Part shown: one piece after another, positions 9,487 to 19,217 of the stretch
Layout of the letters: the number at the start of each line of letters is the position of its first letter
Position numbering within the stretch: the first letter of the stretch is position 1
From: Dehalococcoidia bacterium
GTDB taxonomy: Bacteria; Chloroflexota; Dehalococcoidia; Lucifugimonadales; CATOSD01
Reading direction: 5' to 3'
Assembly: GCA_965203135.1 (NCBI GenBank)
Contig: CBDBBO010000001.1
Location: forward strand, 183,037 to 247,036
Length of the DNA: 64,000 bases
The notes under the pieces: model-generated
Database searches by the model: none
Told to the model about the DNA's origin: nothing
Seen by the model: the letters and a program-made list of their open reading frames with translations, nothing else
Made by a program: the position numbers and the translations under genes

Positions 9487-10676
9487 TCCACCGCCGAAAG
9501 CGAGGGCATGCTTCGGAGCCTTTCCAACATGCCCGGTAGTACCGAGAGCACGTAGTCCACGTCCTCTTCCGTGTTGTCCCGGCCCAGCGTGAAGCGCAGG
9601 CTTCCCTGCGCCAGCGTCGCCGAGCGGCCGATGGCGACCAGGACATGTGACGGTTCGAGACTGGCGGACGAGCAGGCGCTGCCGCTCGAGGCGTACACGC
9701 CGGAGAAATCGAGACTGAGCAGGATCGGCTCGCCCTCCACGCCCTCGAACGAGATGTTCAGGTTGTTGGGCAGCCTCTGAGTCGGGTGCCCGTTGAGGTG
9801 AGCACCGGAAACGGAATCCAGGATGCCGCGTTCCAGCCTGTCCCGGAGCGCCTCGCAGTGCGCGGTAACGGACTCCCGCTCCTCGTTGGCCAGCCGGAAC
9901 GCCTCCGCGAATCCCACGATGAGAGGCACATTTTCCGTGCCCGAGCGGCGCTGCCGCTCCTGGCCGCCGCCCTGCTGCTGCGGCTCGAAGGGCGTGCCGC
10001 GCTTGACGTACAGCGCGCCGACGCCCTTTGGCCCGTAGAACTTGTGGCCCGAGAGGCTCAGCATGTCCACGCCGAGCTTCCTCACGTTCAGGTCCAGAAA
10101 TCCGGCGGCCTGTACCGCGTCCGTGTGCACGACGATGGTGCGGCCCCTGCGTGCGGCCTCGTCCTTCACGATGCGAGCGATCTCCGGTACCGGCTCGATG
10201 GTGCCGATCTCGTTGTTGGCGAGCATCACGCTCACCACGGTCGTCTGGTCGGTGATCGCGTCGGCGACGTCGTCGGGATCGACCAGGCCGTAGGAGTCCG
10301 TCGGCAGGTATGTGACGTCAAAGCCGAACTGCTCCAGCTGATGGCAGGTGTGCAGTACGGCGTGGTGTTCGATGCTGGTCGTGATGATGTGGTTGCCGAG
10401 GCGCCGCAGCGCGAACGCCGCGCCCTTGATGGCGGTGTTGTCGGACTCGGTGCCTCCGCTCGTGAACACGATCTCGCCGGTGCGGGCGCCCAGCGCGCGC
10501 GCCACCACCTCGCGGGCATCGTCCATCGCCATGCGGGCCTGCTGCGCCAGCGTGTATATGCCGGACGGGTTGCCGAAGTTGGCCCCGAAATAGGGGAGCA
10601 TGGCCTCCAGCACCTCCCGGCGCACCGGTGTAGTCGCCGAGTGGTCCAGATATATGGCTCTTTCGCTTAGCGTCAT
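9483..10676 (-). CDS. Cysteine desulfurase (NifS/IscS class V aminotransferase)
   Basis: 397 aa. [18 protein letters not shown]-lysine motif and SSGSACSS active-site loop. Confidence 0.9.
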   Translation of the reverse strand: MTLSERAIYLDHSATTPVRREVLEAMLPYFGANFGNPSGIYTLAQQARMAMDDAREVVARALGARTGEIVFTSGGTESDNTAIKGAAFALRRLGNHIITTSIEHHAVLHTCHQLEQFGFDVTYLPTDSYGLVDPDDVADAITDQTTVVSVMLANNEIGTIEPVPEIARIVKDEAARRGRTIVVHTDAVQAAGFLDLNVRKLGVDMLSLSGHKFYGPKGVGALYVKRGTPFEPQQQGGGQERQRRSGTENVPLIVGFAEAFRLANEERESVTAHCEALRDRLERGILDSVSGAHLNGHPTQRLPNNLNISFEGVEGEPILLSLDFSGVYASSGSACSSASLEPSHVLVAIGRSATLAQGSLRFTLGRDNTEEDVDYVLSVLPGMLERLRSMPSLSAVE

Positions 10677-11089
10677 CCTCTCGCCTCGATCGCGTCGGCG
10701 CCTATGCCTCTCCGGACGCCTCAGCGTATTTTAGCATGTGCGCCAAGCCGTGTCTTGTATCCTGCGGCGGCCCAGCAGGGCCTCTTCATTATCCATCCCG
10801 AGAGTACTCGCATGTATCTTTGCGAGACATCTTGCATGGAAGACCGGCTCCTCCACGCCCGCTAGCCGCAGCCACCCCGAAAATAGTGTCTCAAACCTTC
10901 CCAACCGCGTAACCCAAACGCCACACCCATATCTCGCCGGCGTCTCGAACCTGCCTTTCACATGCCACACACATGCCGCAAAAATTCCCACTCTCAGGCC
11001 CACTCCCACGACTTTATGTCAAGTAGCGCTGCCTTGTGACAAGAGATCGGTGCATTTACCTTGACCTGACGGCAAGTCTCTGACCCTTC

Positions 11090-11113
11090 CATTCCGAGCG
11101 TAGCCGAGGAATC
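11090..11113 (+). repeat. Short interspersed repeat, family C (CATTCCGAGCG-N-AGCCGAGGAATC)
   Basis: cattccgagcgtagccgaggaatc. Near-identical copies at 11409, 46636 (rc) and 54460 (rc). Confidence 0.8.
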
Positions 11114-11207
11114 CGCCGCGTTCACGCGCCCGCGGCGCTGAGGGCTCTTGATTCTACAGCACACACGTGCTATTTTCTATCCCATAGGCGCTGTGGAGCG
11201 CCTGGTA

Positions 11208-11229
11208 GGGGCGGGGTTCAAACCCGCCC
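11208..11229. repeat. Hairpin repeat, family B (GGGGCGGGG-TTCAAA-CCCGCCC)
   Basis: ggggcggggttcaaacccgccc. A related copy gggcgggtttcagacccgccc is at 27488-27508, and degenerate halves (gtctcaaacc / gtctcgaacc) lie at about 10888-10950. Confidence 0.7.
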
Positions 11230-11408
11230 GCGGCCCACGACCACCCTCGCGCTCCTGCTACATTCTGCGCCACGCCTGCGCCAAATCTAACGCCGGTGTA
11301 CCGCGATTGAGCACAGATAGGACAGCCCGCCCAGCTACGAATTGGGCAGGATGTAGCAGAATTGAGCAGATTTTTCGTAAGGCCACGCCCAAAGGCCCTG
11401 CCCCTTAC

Positions 11409-11431
11409 CATTCCGAGCGCAGCCGAGGAAC
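11409..11431 (+). repeat. Family C repeat copy
   Basis: cattccgagcgcagccgaggaac. Confidence 0.8.
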
Positions 11432-11435
11432 CTAA

Positions 11436-11475
11436 CCCCCCATCCTGACCCGCTCTCCTGGCCGGAGAGGGGAAC
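11436..11475 (+). repeat. Family A hairpin repeat, variant copy
   Basis: ccccccatcctgacccgctctcctggccggagaggggaac. Same CCATCCTrAC leader plus a hairpin (CTCTCC/GGAGAG). Confidence 0.7.
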
Positions 11476-11626
11476 ACAAAACAGCCCTGTGCCAGCGCAG
11501 ACGAGCCGCACTTGCCCTTGAACGTTGCGCGCCGCGTGGTATACAATAATTTGCTGTGAACGCCGCACTTTTGCGGCAATTCAGCTTGAGGAGCGCGCCG
11601 GTGGGCGCGCTTTTGAGACTAGCCAA

Positions 11627-12583
11627 ATGATTGACCTGGACAAGGTATCCAAGTACTACGGCGACTTTCCGGCCATCCAGGACATCTCGTTCCGGGTGGA
11701 AAAGGGAGAGGTCCTGGGCTTCCTCGGACCCAACGGCGCGGGAAAGTCGACGACCATGAAGATCATCACCGGCTTTCTGCCGCCCACGTCAGGGCGCGCG
11801 ACGGTCGCGGACTACGACGTGGTGACCCAATCGGTCGACGCGCGTCGCCACATCGGCTACCTGCCCGAGACCGTGCCCCTGTACGCCGAGATGTCGGTGC
11901 GCGACTACCTGGGCTACATGGGTCGGCTCCGCGGCATGTCCGCCGACTATGTGCGCAAGCGCACGGACGACGTGGTGGCAATATGCCGGCTGGAGGACTA
12001 CCGCGACTCCTACATCGGCAAACTGTCCAAGGGTTTTCGCCAGCGCGTCGGGATAGCCCAGGCCATTCTGCACGAACCGGACGTGCTGGTGATGGACGAG
12101 CCGACCATCGGCATCGACCCGGTGCAGGTGGTGGAAACGCGCCAACTCATAAGGGACCTGGGCGGAGAACACACCCTCATCATCAGCACCCACATCCTGC
12201 CCGAAGTGAGCATGATCTGCGAGCGCGTGATCATCATCCACGAAGGGCAGATAGTGGCCGTGGACAAACCCGAGAACCTGAGCGCGCGGCTGAGCGGCAC
12301 CGAGCACGTCGAGGTTGACGCCAGGGGACCGCGCCGGCACGTAACCCAGGCGCTGCAGGCCGTCGAGGGCGTGCGCGAGGTAGAGCAGACCGACTCGCTG
12401 GGCGAAGGCCTGTTCAGCTACTCCATTGTCGCCAATCCCGAGGACCGCGTGCCGGCCAAACTGGCCGAGGCGGTCGTCGGCGGAGGATGGGAACTGGTGC
12501 GGCTTCAGTCCATCGGCATGACCCTGGAGGAGATCTTCCTGCGTTTGACCACCGTTGAAGAGGAAGGGGAGACACCGGCTTGA
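11627..12583 (+). CDS. ABC transporter ATP-binding protein (GldA-like)
   Basis: Walker A GPNGAGKST, signature LSKGFRQR, Walker B VLVMDEP. Start set at ATG 11627 (MIDLDKVSKYYG). Confidence 0.9.
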   Translation: MIDLDKVSKYYGDFPAIQDISFRVEKGEVLGFLGPNGAGKSTTMKIITGFLPPTSGRATVADYDVVTQSVDARRHIGYLPETVPLYAEMSVRDYLGYMGRLRGMSADYVRKRTDDVVAICRLEDYRDSYIGKLSKGFRQRVGIAQAILHEPDVLVMDEPTIGIDPVQVVETRQLIRDLGGEHTLIISTHILPEVSMICERVIIIHEGQIVAVDKPENLSARLSGTEHVEVDARGPRRHVTQALQAVEGVREVEQTDSLGEGLFSYSIVANPEDRVPAKLAEAVVGGGWELVRLQSIGMTLEEIFLRLTTVEEEGETPA

Positions 12584-13293
12584 GGAACACGCTGACCATA
12601 GCCTGGAAAGAGACCAAGCTATACTTCTCGACCCCAACGGCCTACATCGTCGGCGCCATGTTCCTTGCCCTGACCGGAGTCTTCTTCGTTGACGGGGTGA
12701 CCCTCCCCTTTGCGGAGGCCAGCATTCGAAACCTGGTGCTGCGCTCCAGCTTCCTTTTGCTGTTCCTGTCGCCGCTGCTCACCATGCGTCTGCTCGCGGA
12801 GGAGCAGAAGCTGGGAACGCTGGAACTGCTGCTCACCGCGCCCGTCCGCGACTGGGAAGTGGTGATAGGCAAGTACATCGCCAGTTTCGTCATACTGGTG
12901 GCGACTATCGCCCTCACTTCCTACTATGCGGTGCTGCTGTACGCGTTCGGCAACCCGGATACGGGGCCGTTGCTGAGCGCGTACCTCGGCCTTGTGCTGT
13001 ACGGTGCCGCCGCGCTCGCCGTCGGCCTGATGGCCTCGTCGCTATCCTCCAACCAGATAGTCTCCGCGGTGGTCGGAATCGCCCTGCTGCTCATCCTTTC
13101 CTTCGTCGACCAGATTGGCGTAGTAGTCACCGGGGCCGCCGCCGAAGTACTGACCGGAATGTCCATGAACACTCACTTCGTCGACTTCACCCGAGGCGTG
13201 ATCGATACCAGCCACGTGGTCTACTTCGTCAGCCTCGCGGCGGTGTTCCTGTTCCTGACCGTGCGCTCTCTCGAGACGCGGAGGTGGCGCTAG
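12580..13293 (+). CDS. ABC-2 type permease (GldF-like)
   Basis: 237 aa multi-pass membrane protein. 4-nt overlap with the upstream ATPase gene. Confidence 0.8.
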   Translation: MRNTLTIAWKETKLYFSTPTAYIVGAMFLALTGVFFVDGVTLPFAEASIRNLVLRSSFLLLFLSPLLTMRLLAEEQKLGTLELLLTAPVRDWEVVIGKYIASFVILVATIALTSYYAVLLYAFGNPDTGPLLSAYLGLVLYGAAALAVGLMASSLSSNQIVSAVVGIALLLILSFVDQIGVVVTGAAAEVLTGMSMNTHFVDFTRGVIDTSHVVYFVSLAAVFLFLTVRSLETRRWR

Positions 13294-13295
13294 AT

Positions 13296-14957
13296 ATGCG
13301 AGGCAATTCCAGACAGGCGGACTCCACTCGCGAGATCCTCCTTTCCACCGTCAAGTCAGCCGGCTTCTGGAGCGCCGTCGTCGCCATAGTTGGCGTGATT
13401 TCCATTATAGGCGGAGGAATCCTCTACCTCACGATCACCGAGATCGAGAACTTCGCCGTGAGCGTGTTGGTCATTGGTCTCGCGCTTCTTCTTCTGGCGC
13501 TGATTCTCTCGCCACGAGCGGCGGCGTTGTTCCTGGTCGGGCGTCGGGGCAGGTACGGCTCCAACGTCCTGATCATGACGCTGGCCTTTTTCGTCATAGC
13601 CATACTGGTCAACTTCCTGCTGTTCCGAAATCCGACACGCGTGGACACCACGGCGACTCAGGTGTTCACTCTCGCCCCGCAAACGATAAACATCCTCGAG
13701 GACCTGGATACCACAGTGCGGGCCAACGCCTTCTTCACGCCCTCCAGCGCGGCGACGGCGGCAGCCAGGCAACAGGCCGAGGACCTGCTGAACGAGTTCG
13801 AGCGGTACAGCGGCAACTTCGTCGTCCGATTCATCGACCCTGAGGTCAGCCGCGCCCTCGCCGAGCAGTACGAAGTCACCAGCTACCCCGCCGTGGTGTT
13901 CGAGGACGTGACCCGGGGGGTGCATGAGCACGTCACCGCCCTCACCGAGCAGGGCTTCGTCACCGGCATACTGATTGCCACCGGTGTGGAGCGGAAGGTC
14001 GTCTACTACCTCACGGGCCACCAGGAAGCGGCCATTACCAGGGACCCCGGCACCGACCAGGTCGAAGAAACCGGTCTGGATTTTGCGCTTCAGGGAATGC
14101 AGCGCGACAACTACGTGGTGCTCCCGCTTAACCTCACGCAGTTCGAGGTGGTGCCGGACAACGCCGCTGTGCTGGTAATCGCCGGCCCAAGGTCGGACCT
14201 GAGCGACGTCGAGCGAGAGGCGCTGATAGACTACATTCTGGGAGGCGGCCGCGTTGTGGCGCTGTTCGACCCGGCAACGCCCCAGTCTTACCTGGAATTG
14301 CTCGGGCTGTGGGGCTTGACCCTGGGAGAACACAACGTGGCGGACGCGCTGAGCAACGTCGCGGGCCAGGACTTTACGCCGCTGGCCCAGCAGGCGAACT
14401 CGCAGTACGTGCCGCAGAGCTTGGCCGGCGACATAAGCATAGCGAACCAGATCGACGTCACGTTCTTCCCCGGCGTCACTTCCATCAACGCGATCATGAA
14501 TCCGGCTGACTTTCCTCCGCATGTCCAGATCGTGCCGCTGGTGCTATCGACGCCGGTGAGTTGGCTGGAGACCGATCCCGAGAAGGCGGAGTACGATCCT
14601 TCCGAGGATGTGCGCGGCCCGTTCAATCTCGCCGCCGTAATCAGGGGCAGAGCGACCGTCGCCCACGACCCCCAGGAGGCGTTGGGCTTCCCTGAGCTCA
14701 AGCTCGTTGTTTTCGGCGACTCGGACTTCGCTCGCAACAAGTACTTCTACAGCAGCGACAACCAGGACCTGCTTCTAAACTCCGTGAACTGGCTGGCCGA
14801 GGACTACGACCTGATCTCGATTCGGCCCAAGCTGATCCCAATCAGGGAGCTCGTTCTCAACAGGCGCGAGCGCGAGTTCGTGAAGTGGTCGAGTTGGTTC
14901 CTGCCGCCGGCCATAATGCTCCTGGCGGGCGGCTACGTGTGGTGGAGAAGACGCTGA
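13296..14957 (+). CDS. GldG-like ABC-transporter-associated protein
   Basis: N- and C-terminal TM helices flank a large extracytoplasmic domain. Third gene of the ABC module. ATG 13296 follows the permease stop. Confidence 0.7.
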   Translation: MRGNSRQADSTREILLSTVKSAGFWSAVVAIVGVISIIGGGILYLTITEIENFAVSVLVIGLALLLLALILSPRAAALFLVGRRGRYGSNVLIMTLAFFVIAILVNFLLFRNPTRVDTTATQVFTLAPQTINILEDLDTTVRANAFFTPSSAATAAARQQAEDLLNEFERYSGNFVVRFIDPEVSRALAEQYEVTSYPAVVFEDVTRGVHEHVTALTEQGFVTGILIATGVERKVVYYLTGHQEAAITRDPGTDQVEETGLDFALQGMQRDNYVVLPLNLTQFEVVPDNAAVLVIAGPRSDLSDVEREALIDYILGGGRVVALFDPATPQSYLELLGLWGLTLGEHNVADALSNVAGQDFTPLAQQANSQYVPQSLAGDISIANQIDVTFFPGVTSINAIMNPADFPPHVQIVPLVLSTPVSWLETDPEKAEYDPSEDVRGPFNLAAVIRGRATVAHDPQEALGFPELKLVVFGDSDFARNKYFYSSDNQDLLLNSVNWLAEDYDLISIRPKLIPIRELVLNRREREFVKWSSWFLPPAIMLLAGGYVWWRRR

Positions 14958-14970
14958 ACCGGCGACTCAG

Positions 14971-16095
14971 ATGAACGTTAGCGTAACAATTGCCCTGGTC
15001 GTGGTGGCTATCGCGGTCGGCGCGGTGGTCTACTTCAACCCCTTCCAGCCCGAGGCTGAACCGAGGGACGACTCCCCTTGGTTCTTCCAGCTCGCCGAGG
15101 AGGACATCCAGTCCATCGAGGTGATTCACCGCGTCGAGAACGGGGAGGACGACCAGCCCGTCAAGACCGTCAGCTTCGTGAAGACCAGCCCGGAGCATTA
15201 CCTGTGGGAGTTCGCCGATCCACAGGGCATACCCCCGGACCGAAACCGCTGGGGCGGCATCACGCTGCTGCTCAGCGGCCCCAAAACCCGGCGCGACCTG
15301 ACGCCGCAGAACATCATCATCGAAGACCCCGCCGAGTACGGCCTGGACGATCCCGCCACCGTCGTCAAGGTGGGCCTCACCCTAGACAGGGACCTCGAAT
15401 TCCGGTTGGGCCACGAGACCACCGACGGCTACCACCACTACGGCCAGGTGATCGGCTTTCCGCAACTCTTCATCATCGCCGACTCCTGGGGCGACGTAAT
15501 TGCGCGCCTCGCCGTTGAGCCTCCCATACCTCGCTGGTACGTCGAGCACACACCAGAAGACATCGTGGAAGTCAATGTCCACGACGGTCCGCGCTTTGGC
15601 GATGAGACCCGCACGCTCACCTTCGACTACGACGAGGACGACGGCTGGACAGTCCAGCTCCGACCCACCGACGAAGAGAAGCGCCCGATCGACGAGGAAC
15701 GCTGGGCCGAGGTGCAGAAACTGCTCGGCAGACCTCTGGGCGTCCGGGTGGCCGTGCCCTACGTCGACGACAAGGACACCACGCCTTGGGGCATAGGCGA
15801 CGACACGTCGTCCGCCATCGAGATACGCTTTCCGGGCACCAGCCAGGGCGACGTCAGCTTCACCGACGGCGACACCTATATGATCGGCCACAAGGTGGAG
15901 TGCGAGGACGACGCCAACGTGCCGATCCCCTGCGAGGACGGCGCCATGGCGCCGGGGCCGGAGCGGTACTACGCCCAACGCATTTCCGACCACCTCATCA
16001 ACCCCATCCTCTACGTGGACGCCCTGTGGGTGGACACGCTGTTCGCCCTGTTCGACGACATCCCCTACGGCGAGGAGCAGGATCCCGAAGCGTAG
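14971..16095 (+). CDS. DUF4340-like protein (accessory to GldG-type ABC systems)
   Basis: 374 aa with one N-terminal TM helix (MNVSVTIALVVVAIAVGAVVYF). Position after the GldG-like gene is typical. Confidence 0.6.
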   Translation: MNVSVTIALVVVAIAVGAVVYFNPFQPEAEPRDDSPWFFQLAEEDIQSIEVIHRVENGEDDQPVKTVSFVKTSPEHYLWEFADPQGIPPDRNRWGGITLLLSGPKTRRDLTPQNIIIEDPAEYGLDDPATVVKVGLTLDRDLEFRLGHETTDGYHHYGQVIGFPQLFIIADSWGDVIARLAVEPPIPRWYVEHTPEDIVEVNVHDGPRFGDETRTLTFDYDEDDGWTVQLRPTDEEKRPIDEERWAEVQKLLGRPLGVRVAVPYVDDKDTTPWGIGDDTSSAIEIRFPGTSQGDVSFTDGDTYMIGHKVECEDDANVPIPCEDGAMAPGPERYYAQRISDHLINPILYVDALWVDTLFALFDDIPYGEEQDPEA

Positions 16096-16135
16096 CAGCG
16101 CGAGCACCAGGGTCCAGTGGCGACGATTACGGCGG

Positions 16136-16173
16136 ATTGGACACCGCCGCTTACATTGGACACCGCCGCTTAC
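16136..16173 (+). repeat. Perfect 19-bp tandem direct repeat (attggacaccgccgcttac x2) abutting the cinA RBS
   Basis: 16136-16154 is identical to 16155-16173. AAGGAGG follows immediately at 16174-16180. Confidence 0.9.
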
Positions 16174-16185
16174 AAGGAGGCCCGC

Positions 16186-17457
16186 TTGAACGCCGAAATC
16201 ATCGCCATTGGCACCGAAATCCTCTTCGGCGAAATCGTCGACACCAACTCGGCCTACATGGCCGCCGAGCTCGCCAAGCTGGGCATCGAGGTGCACTGGG
16301 TCTCCAAGGTCGGCGACCACCCCGACAGGCTCTACGAGACCATCGACCGCGCCGCCCGCCGCGCCGATGTCACCATAACCTCAGGCGGGCTCGGCCCCAC
16401 GTCCGACGACCTGACGCGCGAGACCGTCGCCAGGGTGATGGGCGAAGAGATGGAGGTGCAAGACGACCTCCTGGCGCAGCTGAAGGCCATATTCGCGGGC
16501 CGCGGCGGCGAAATGCCCGCCACCAACATCAAGCAGGCGACGCTCATTCCCTCCGCGGAGGTCATCCCCAACCCCATGGGCACCGCGCCGGGCTGGTGGG
16601 TGGACAAGGGCGGCCACGTCATCGTCTGCACACCCGGACCGCCGCGCGAGCTCGAGCGCATGTGGACCTACGAGATCGCACCCAGGCTGCGCAACCTCAA
16701 CCCCGACGTGGCCATCGTCACCCGCACCATCAAGACATTCGGCATATCCGAGGGCGGCCTCGACGAGATGCTGACGCCGCTCTTCCAGAGCGAGAACCCC
16801 ACGCTCGGCATCTACTCCAAGCAGGACGGCATACACCTGCGCGCCATAGCCACCGCCGGCACGGAGAGCGAGGCGGCCCGGCTGATAGAGCCGATGGAAG
16901 CGGAGATTCGCTCAATCGTCGGCGACGCCGCCGTGTGGGGCGTAGACGACGAGACGCCCGAGTCCCAGGTGGCCGCCTTTCTCGCCGGACGAGGAGAGAC
17001 GCTCGCCGTAATGGAGAACTTCACCGGCGGGCTACTTGCGAGCACCCTCGCCGAAACACCCGACAGCCGCGGCTTCCTGCGCGGCGGAATCGTGCTGTTC
17101 GACGACGAGCAGCTGGAAGATCACGGCGTTGACGCAGACCTGGTCGCCGAGCACGGCGCCGCCAGCGGGCCGGTCGCCGAGGCGATGGCGCGGGCCGCCC
17201 AGCGGACGTTCGGCGCGGACTACGGCATTGGCGTCACCGGAACGGTGAACCGGCCCACGCCCACCAGCGGCCCGCTGGGCACCTCCCACGTCGGATTCGC
17301 GCTTAGAGGCGGAACGGCCTCGACGGCGGGTCGCTATCCGACGAATCTCCGAAGGATCAGGGCGCGCGCCGTCACGCACGCGCTTTTGGAGTTCCTGCGC
17401 CACGCCTCGGACGACACGCCGCGACGGGGAGGCCGGCGGCGAATGTTCGGGCGCTAG
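16186..17457 (+). CDS. cinA: CinA family protein (MoCF-binding domain + nicotinamide-nucleotide amidohydrolase PncC domain)
   Basis: LNAEIIAIGTEILFGEIVDTNSAYMAAEL is a typical CinA N-terminus. TTG 16186 lies 5 nt after AAGGAGG. The ORF-track start 16117 would read through the tandem repeat. Confidence 0.8.
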   Translation: MNAEIIAIGTEILFGEIVDTNSAYMAAELAKLGIEVHWVSKVGDHPDRLYETIDRAARRADVTITSGGLGPTSDDLTRETVARVMGEEMEVQDDLLAQLKAIFAGRGGEMPATNIKQATLIPSAEVIPNPMGTAPGWWVDKGGHVIVCTPGPPRELERMWTYEIAPRLRNLNPDVAIVTRTIKTFGISEGGLDEMLTPLFQSENPTLGIYSKQDGIHLRAIATAGTESEAARLIEPMEAEIRSIVGDAAVWGVDDETPESQVAAFLAGRGETLAVMENFTGGLLASTLAETPDSRGFLRGGIVLFDDEQLEDHGVDADLVAEHGAASGPVAEAMARAAQRTFGADYGIGVTGTVNRPTPTSGPLGTSHVGFALRGGTASTAGRYPTNLRRIRARAVTHALLEFLRHASDDTPRRGGRRRMFGR

Positions 17458-19130
17458 CGGCCGGGCGTCGGCGCCGGCAGCGGGAAGTATTCTTCCACCG
17501 GTATCTCGATGACGCTTGGCCTGCCCTGCCTCAGCGCGTCTGAGACCGCCTCTCCGATGTCAGACGCGCGCTCCACGTAGTAGCCCTTAGCCCCGTACAC
17601 CTCGGCCAGCCTGTCGAATCGCGGGTTCTGCAGGTCCACGCCGATGTAGCGCTCGTCGTAGTTGCGTAGCTGCTGCGCCTTCTCCGCGCCGTGGCAGCTA
17701 TTGTTCAGCACGATGCTCACCAGCGGGATGTCCCAGCGCACTGCCGTGTTTATCTCACCGGACGTGTACAGGAAACCGCCGTCGCCCTGTATGCTCACCG
17801 CCGGCCTGTCGGGTCGACCCAGCTTTGTGCCAAGACCCACGCAGTAGCCCATACCGAGACCGCCCTGGTCTGAGTAGTTGAACATGGTGCGCGGCAGCTC
17901 GAATGAGAGCCTATCGTAGGACAGGCCGGGCGCGACGCCCGCGTCGATGGTGACCATGCAGTCCTGCGGCAGCGCCCGATTCAGCTCGGGGTACACCTGC
18001 TGCGGCATCATCGGCTCCGCGGTGATGGAGTGTTCCGCGCGCAGCCGCTCGTGCCTCGCGGCGGTGAGGCCCTCAACCTCCGCCCGCCATTCCGGGTTGC
18101 TCCGGCCCTCCGGGAACCGCTCCCTGAGTTCGTCGAGAAGCTGCCCCGCAACGGCCCCGGCGTCGCCCACGATACCGGACGTGACCGGGAAATTGCGGCC
18201 TATCTGCTGCGGATCGTAGTCCACCTGCACGATGGTCGTCCCGGGCGCTACGACGCTGTTGTTCCAGCCGGTGGTCTGCTGGTTGAGGCGACAGCCGAGC
18301 GCGAGCACCACGTCCGCGCGGTGTATGGCCTGCGATGCCTCGCCCGAACCCCGGCCCCCCGGCGGGCCGACGTACAGCGGGTGGCTGTTAGGCACGGCGT
18401 CGTGGTGGCCGTAGGACGGCACGAGCGCCATATCCAGCAGCTCCGCCAGCCGCACGGCCTCCTCGGTGGCCCCGGACTCGATGACGCCGCCGCCGGCCAG
18501 CAGCAGCGGGCGCTCGGCGTTCGCCAGCAGATCCGCGGCGTTGCGCACCGCGTCAGCGTCGCCCGGTGTACGGGTATTCACGGCCCGGTAGCTCTCCGGC
18601 GATTGGATGTCCCAGTCCACCTCCAGATCGTCCATCAGGTCGCGGGGTATGTCGACGAAGACAGGGCCTCGCGGCGGGGTGAGCGCCACGCGGAAGGCGT
18701 TGCGGAACGCCTCTGGGATTCGCTCGGTCTTGTTCACCTGGGTGGCCCAGTTGGTGATCGGCTTGAAGAGATTCACCAGATCGAACGCCTGGGTGCCATC
18801 GCGTCCCACGAAGTCGCGCGCGGTGTCGCCGCCGATGACCACGACCGGCGCGCGGCCCTTGTACGCCAGCGACACGCCGGTTATCAGGTTGATCGTACCC
18901 GGCCCGGACGTGGTGATGCACGCGGCGGGGCGACCCGTCGCCTTCGTGTATCCATAGGCCATGAACGCCGCGCCCTCCTCGTGGCGCGTGTCCACGAACT
19001 TGATGTCGGAGCGGTCGTACATCTCGGTTACGATGCTATTCGTCGTCAGCCCGACCAGCCCGAACGTGTACTCCACGCCCTCGGCGCGCAGCAGCTCGAT
19101 AATGCCCTGGCCAGCCTTCATGGTTGCCAT
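17454..19130 (-). CDS. Thiamine-pyrophosphate-dependent enzyme (acetolactate synthase / sulfoacetaldehyde acetyltransferase-like)
   Basis: GDGGFLYTSGE TPP-binding motif. Start ATG 19130 (MATMKAGQG), with GGAGG 9 nt upstream. Confidence 0.85.
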   Translation of the reverse strand: MATMKAGQGIIELLRAEGVEYTFGLVGLTTNSIVTEMYDRSDIKFVDTRHEEGAAFMAYGYTKATGRPAACITTSGPGTINLITGVSLAYKGRAPVVVIGGDTARDFVGRDGTQAFDLVNLFKPITNWATQVNKTERIPEAFRNAFRVALTPPRGPVFVDIPRDLMDDLEVDWDIQSPESYRAVNTRTPGDADAVRNAADLLANAERPLLLAGGGVIESGATEEAVRLAELLDMALVPSYGHHDAVPNSHPLYVGPPGGRGSGEASQAIHRADVVLALGCRLNQQTTGWNNSVVAPGTTIVQVDYDPQQIGRNFPVTSGIVGDAGAVAGQLLDELRERFPEGRSNPEWRAEVEGLTAARHERLRAEHSITAEPMMPQQVYPELNRALPQDCMVTIDAGVAPGLSYDRLSFELPRTMFNYSDQGGLGMGYCVGLGTKLGRPDRPAVSIQGDGGFLYTSGEINTAVRWDIPLVSIVLNNSCHGAEKAQQLRNYDERYIGVDLQNPRFDRLAEVYGAKGYYVERASDIGEAVSDALRQGRPSVIEIPVEEYFPLPAPTPGR

Positions 19131-19169
19131 AGGGAAGCACCTCCGTCGGGGCGGGCTCTCAATGGCGTT

Positions 19170-19210
19170 CACCCCCATCCTGACCTTCCCCCATTGAGGG
19201 AGAAGGGACT
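19170..19210 (+). repeat. Family A hairpin repeat (CACCCCCATCCTrACC-TTCCCCC-loop-GGGGGAAGG-GACT)
   Basis: cacccccatcctgaccttcccccattgagggagaagggact. Confidence 0.85.
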
Positions 19211-19217
19211 GTGTGGT

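Noticed and set aside
17454-17457. Convergent cinA and TPP-enzyme genes share a palindromic CTAG overlap of their stop codons.
   Set aside because: This is a coincidental tail-to-tail overlap, frequent in compact genomes, with no further structure.
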